64,000 nt of DNA from Perkinsus chesapeaki ATCC PRA-425 (lineage: Eukaryota > Protista > Perkinsozoa), in the NCBI GenBank assembly GCA_013115145.1, contig JAAPAO010000129.1, positions 3,001 to 67,000 of the forward strand. Direction: 5' to 3'. Every line of letters starts with the position of its first letter. Position 1 is the stretch's first letter. Positions 63,071 through 64,000 of this stretch are shown piece by piece. Position numbers and translations under genes: made by a program. The notes below the pieces were generated by a model that did not search any database, was not told the origin of the DNA, and saw only the letters and a list, made by a program, of their open reading frames with translations.

Positions 63071-63395
63071 ATTAACAGTACTTTGTCGGTTATCATTCCC
63101 TGTGGTGTTGAAGTAGAAGTAGCTTTCAGCCACGCCTTGCTGCAGCTGCCAGTGTGAGGCATAATGCCACTGTTCGAGATCTTCTTCGATGGCGGATAGC
63201 ACCGCATTTGTGGATTTTGACCGTGACGCGGTGACGTGACGTAGCATCGGCAATGCTGCATCTTTCCCGTTGGGGCGCCAGGCGTGCTCCTCGCGAACCC
63301 ACGTCAATCTAGTTTTTTTCCGTGACACTAAGACTCGTCAGTGAGCGTTTGTTGATAGTATTTCTCTGTAGGGCTTGTGTGCCCTTTCAATAATC

Positions 63396-63871
63396 ATGTC
63401 GACTCCAGAAGCCTCGCCATCGAAGAAACGCAGAGTTGATGGGAATGTCGCCCTTCCTTTTCGGATATCCCTTGAGGAAGCTCAAACGACTCCGGACACT
63501 TCAGTCCAGTGGAACACGGTCCCAATAGGGTCCTACTCATGGGATCGGTCATCGACCTTGGCCCAGCCCCGTATTGTTATCCCGGGTCAAGCTCATGTAT
63601 ACAAACCAGCGAACCACTCGTTTAGAGTTGATAGGAGCACACAGTGAGAACTTGAAGCGTTAGCTGGCTGTTGCCATTTGTGTCCAGGCAAGGGAGCACT
63701 AAGATGGAATGGGACCTCGAGAACCCCATGGAGTCTTCATTCCACGCAGTGACCCTCTGCAGCCCAGACTTCGATTGGTCTACAGTTGACATGGTCACTG
63801 ATCGCAACAATTTACGAAAGCTTTTGAGGCTGGTCGATCCCGTGCAGAGTAAACCGATTATTCCAGCGTAG
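63396..63871 (+). pseudogene. DXO/Rai1-like paralog C, apparently truncated or interrupted
   Basis: PSKKRR..IGSYSW..IVIPG|..DFDWSTVDMVTDRNNLRKLL, then TAG at 63869-63871 before any catalytic motif. Downstream sequence shows no homology up to the window end. Confidence 0.55.
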
Positions 63872-64000
63872 AGAAAACGAGTCAGCGTTTTCTTGGAGGG
63901 GAAATCACGCGACTGCAGGGTTTCCCTAGGTTATCACACAGCACGCGCGAGGAGTAATTTGAGCACGCGTGCGACGCAACGCGTGCGTGTTGTAGACACG

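Noticed and set aside
62852-63328. 158-aa minus-strand ORF between DXO paralogs B and C
   Set aside because: Partly antisense to paralog B, with no recognisable motif or splice support.

Overview
Gene-dense eukaryotic genomic DNA with many very short (about 30-60 nt) GT-AG introns. Gene content (ARO, MORN-SAM-TKL kinase, TSP1 adhesin) points to a myzozoan alveolate, most consistent with Perkinsus (inferred, not verified). I spliced most gene models by hand. About 24 protein genes are present, including ARO, RPS28, a HAD hydrolase, ESF1, a giant TSP1/TM surface protein, an ankyrin protein, a CAMK/CDPK-like kinase, NCKX, a DEDDy exonuclease with a dsRBD, a Cys/His-repeat protein, TRAPPC8, RMI2, a fatty-acid desaturase, eIF4A, cytochrome b5, a TKL (pseudo)kinase and a TMEM209-like protein. 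Highlights: (1) one spliced ORF encoding EIGHT tandem group-I truncated (2/2) hemoglobin domains built as four A-B pairs with alternating distal-pocket chemistry; (2) a tandem array of three DXO/Rai1-like PD-(D/E)XK genes sharing one intron position; (3) a box C/D snoRNA in the RPS28 intron whose guide matches a conserved LSU rRNA site; (4) a 1.4-kb non-autonomous TIR element with GANTC-rich subtermini and a tRNA 3' relic, inside a 5-kb gene-free island.
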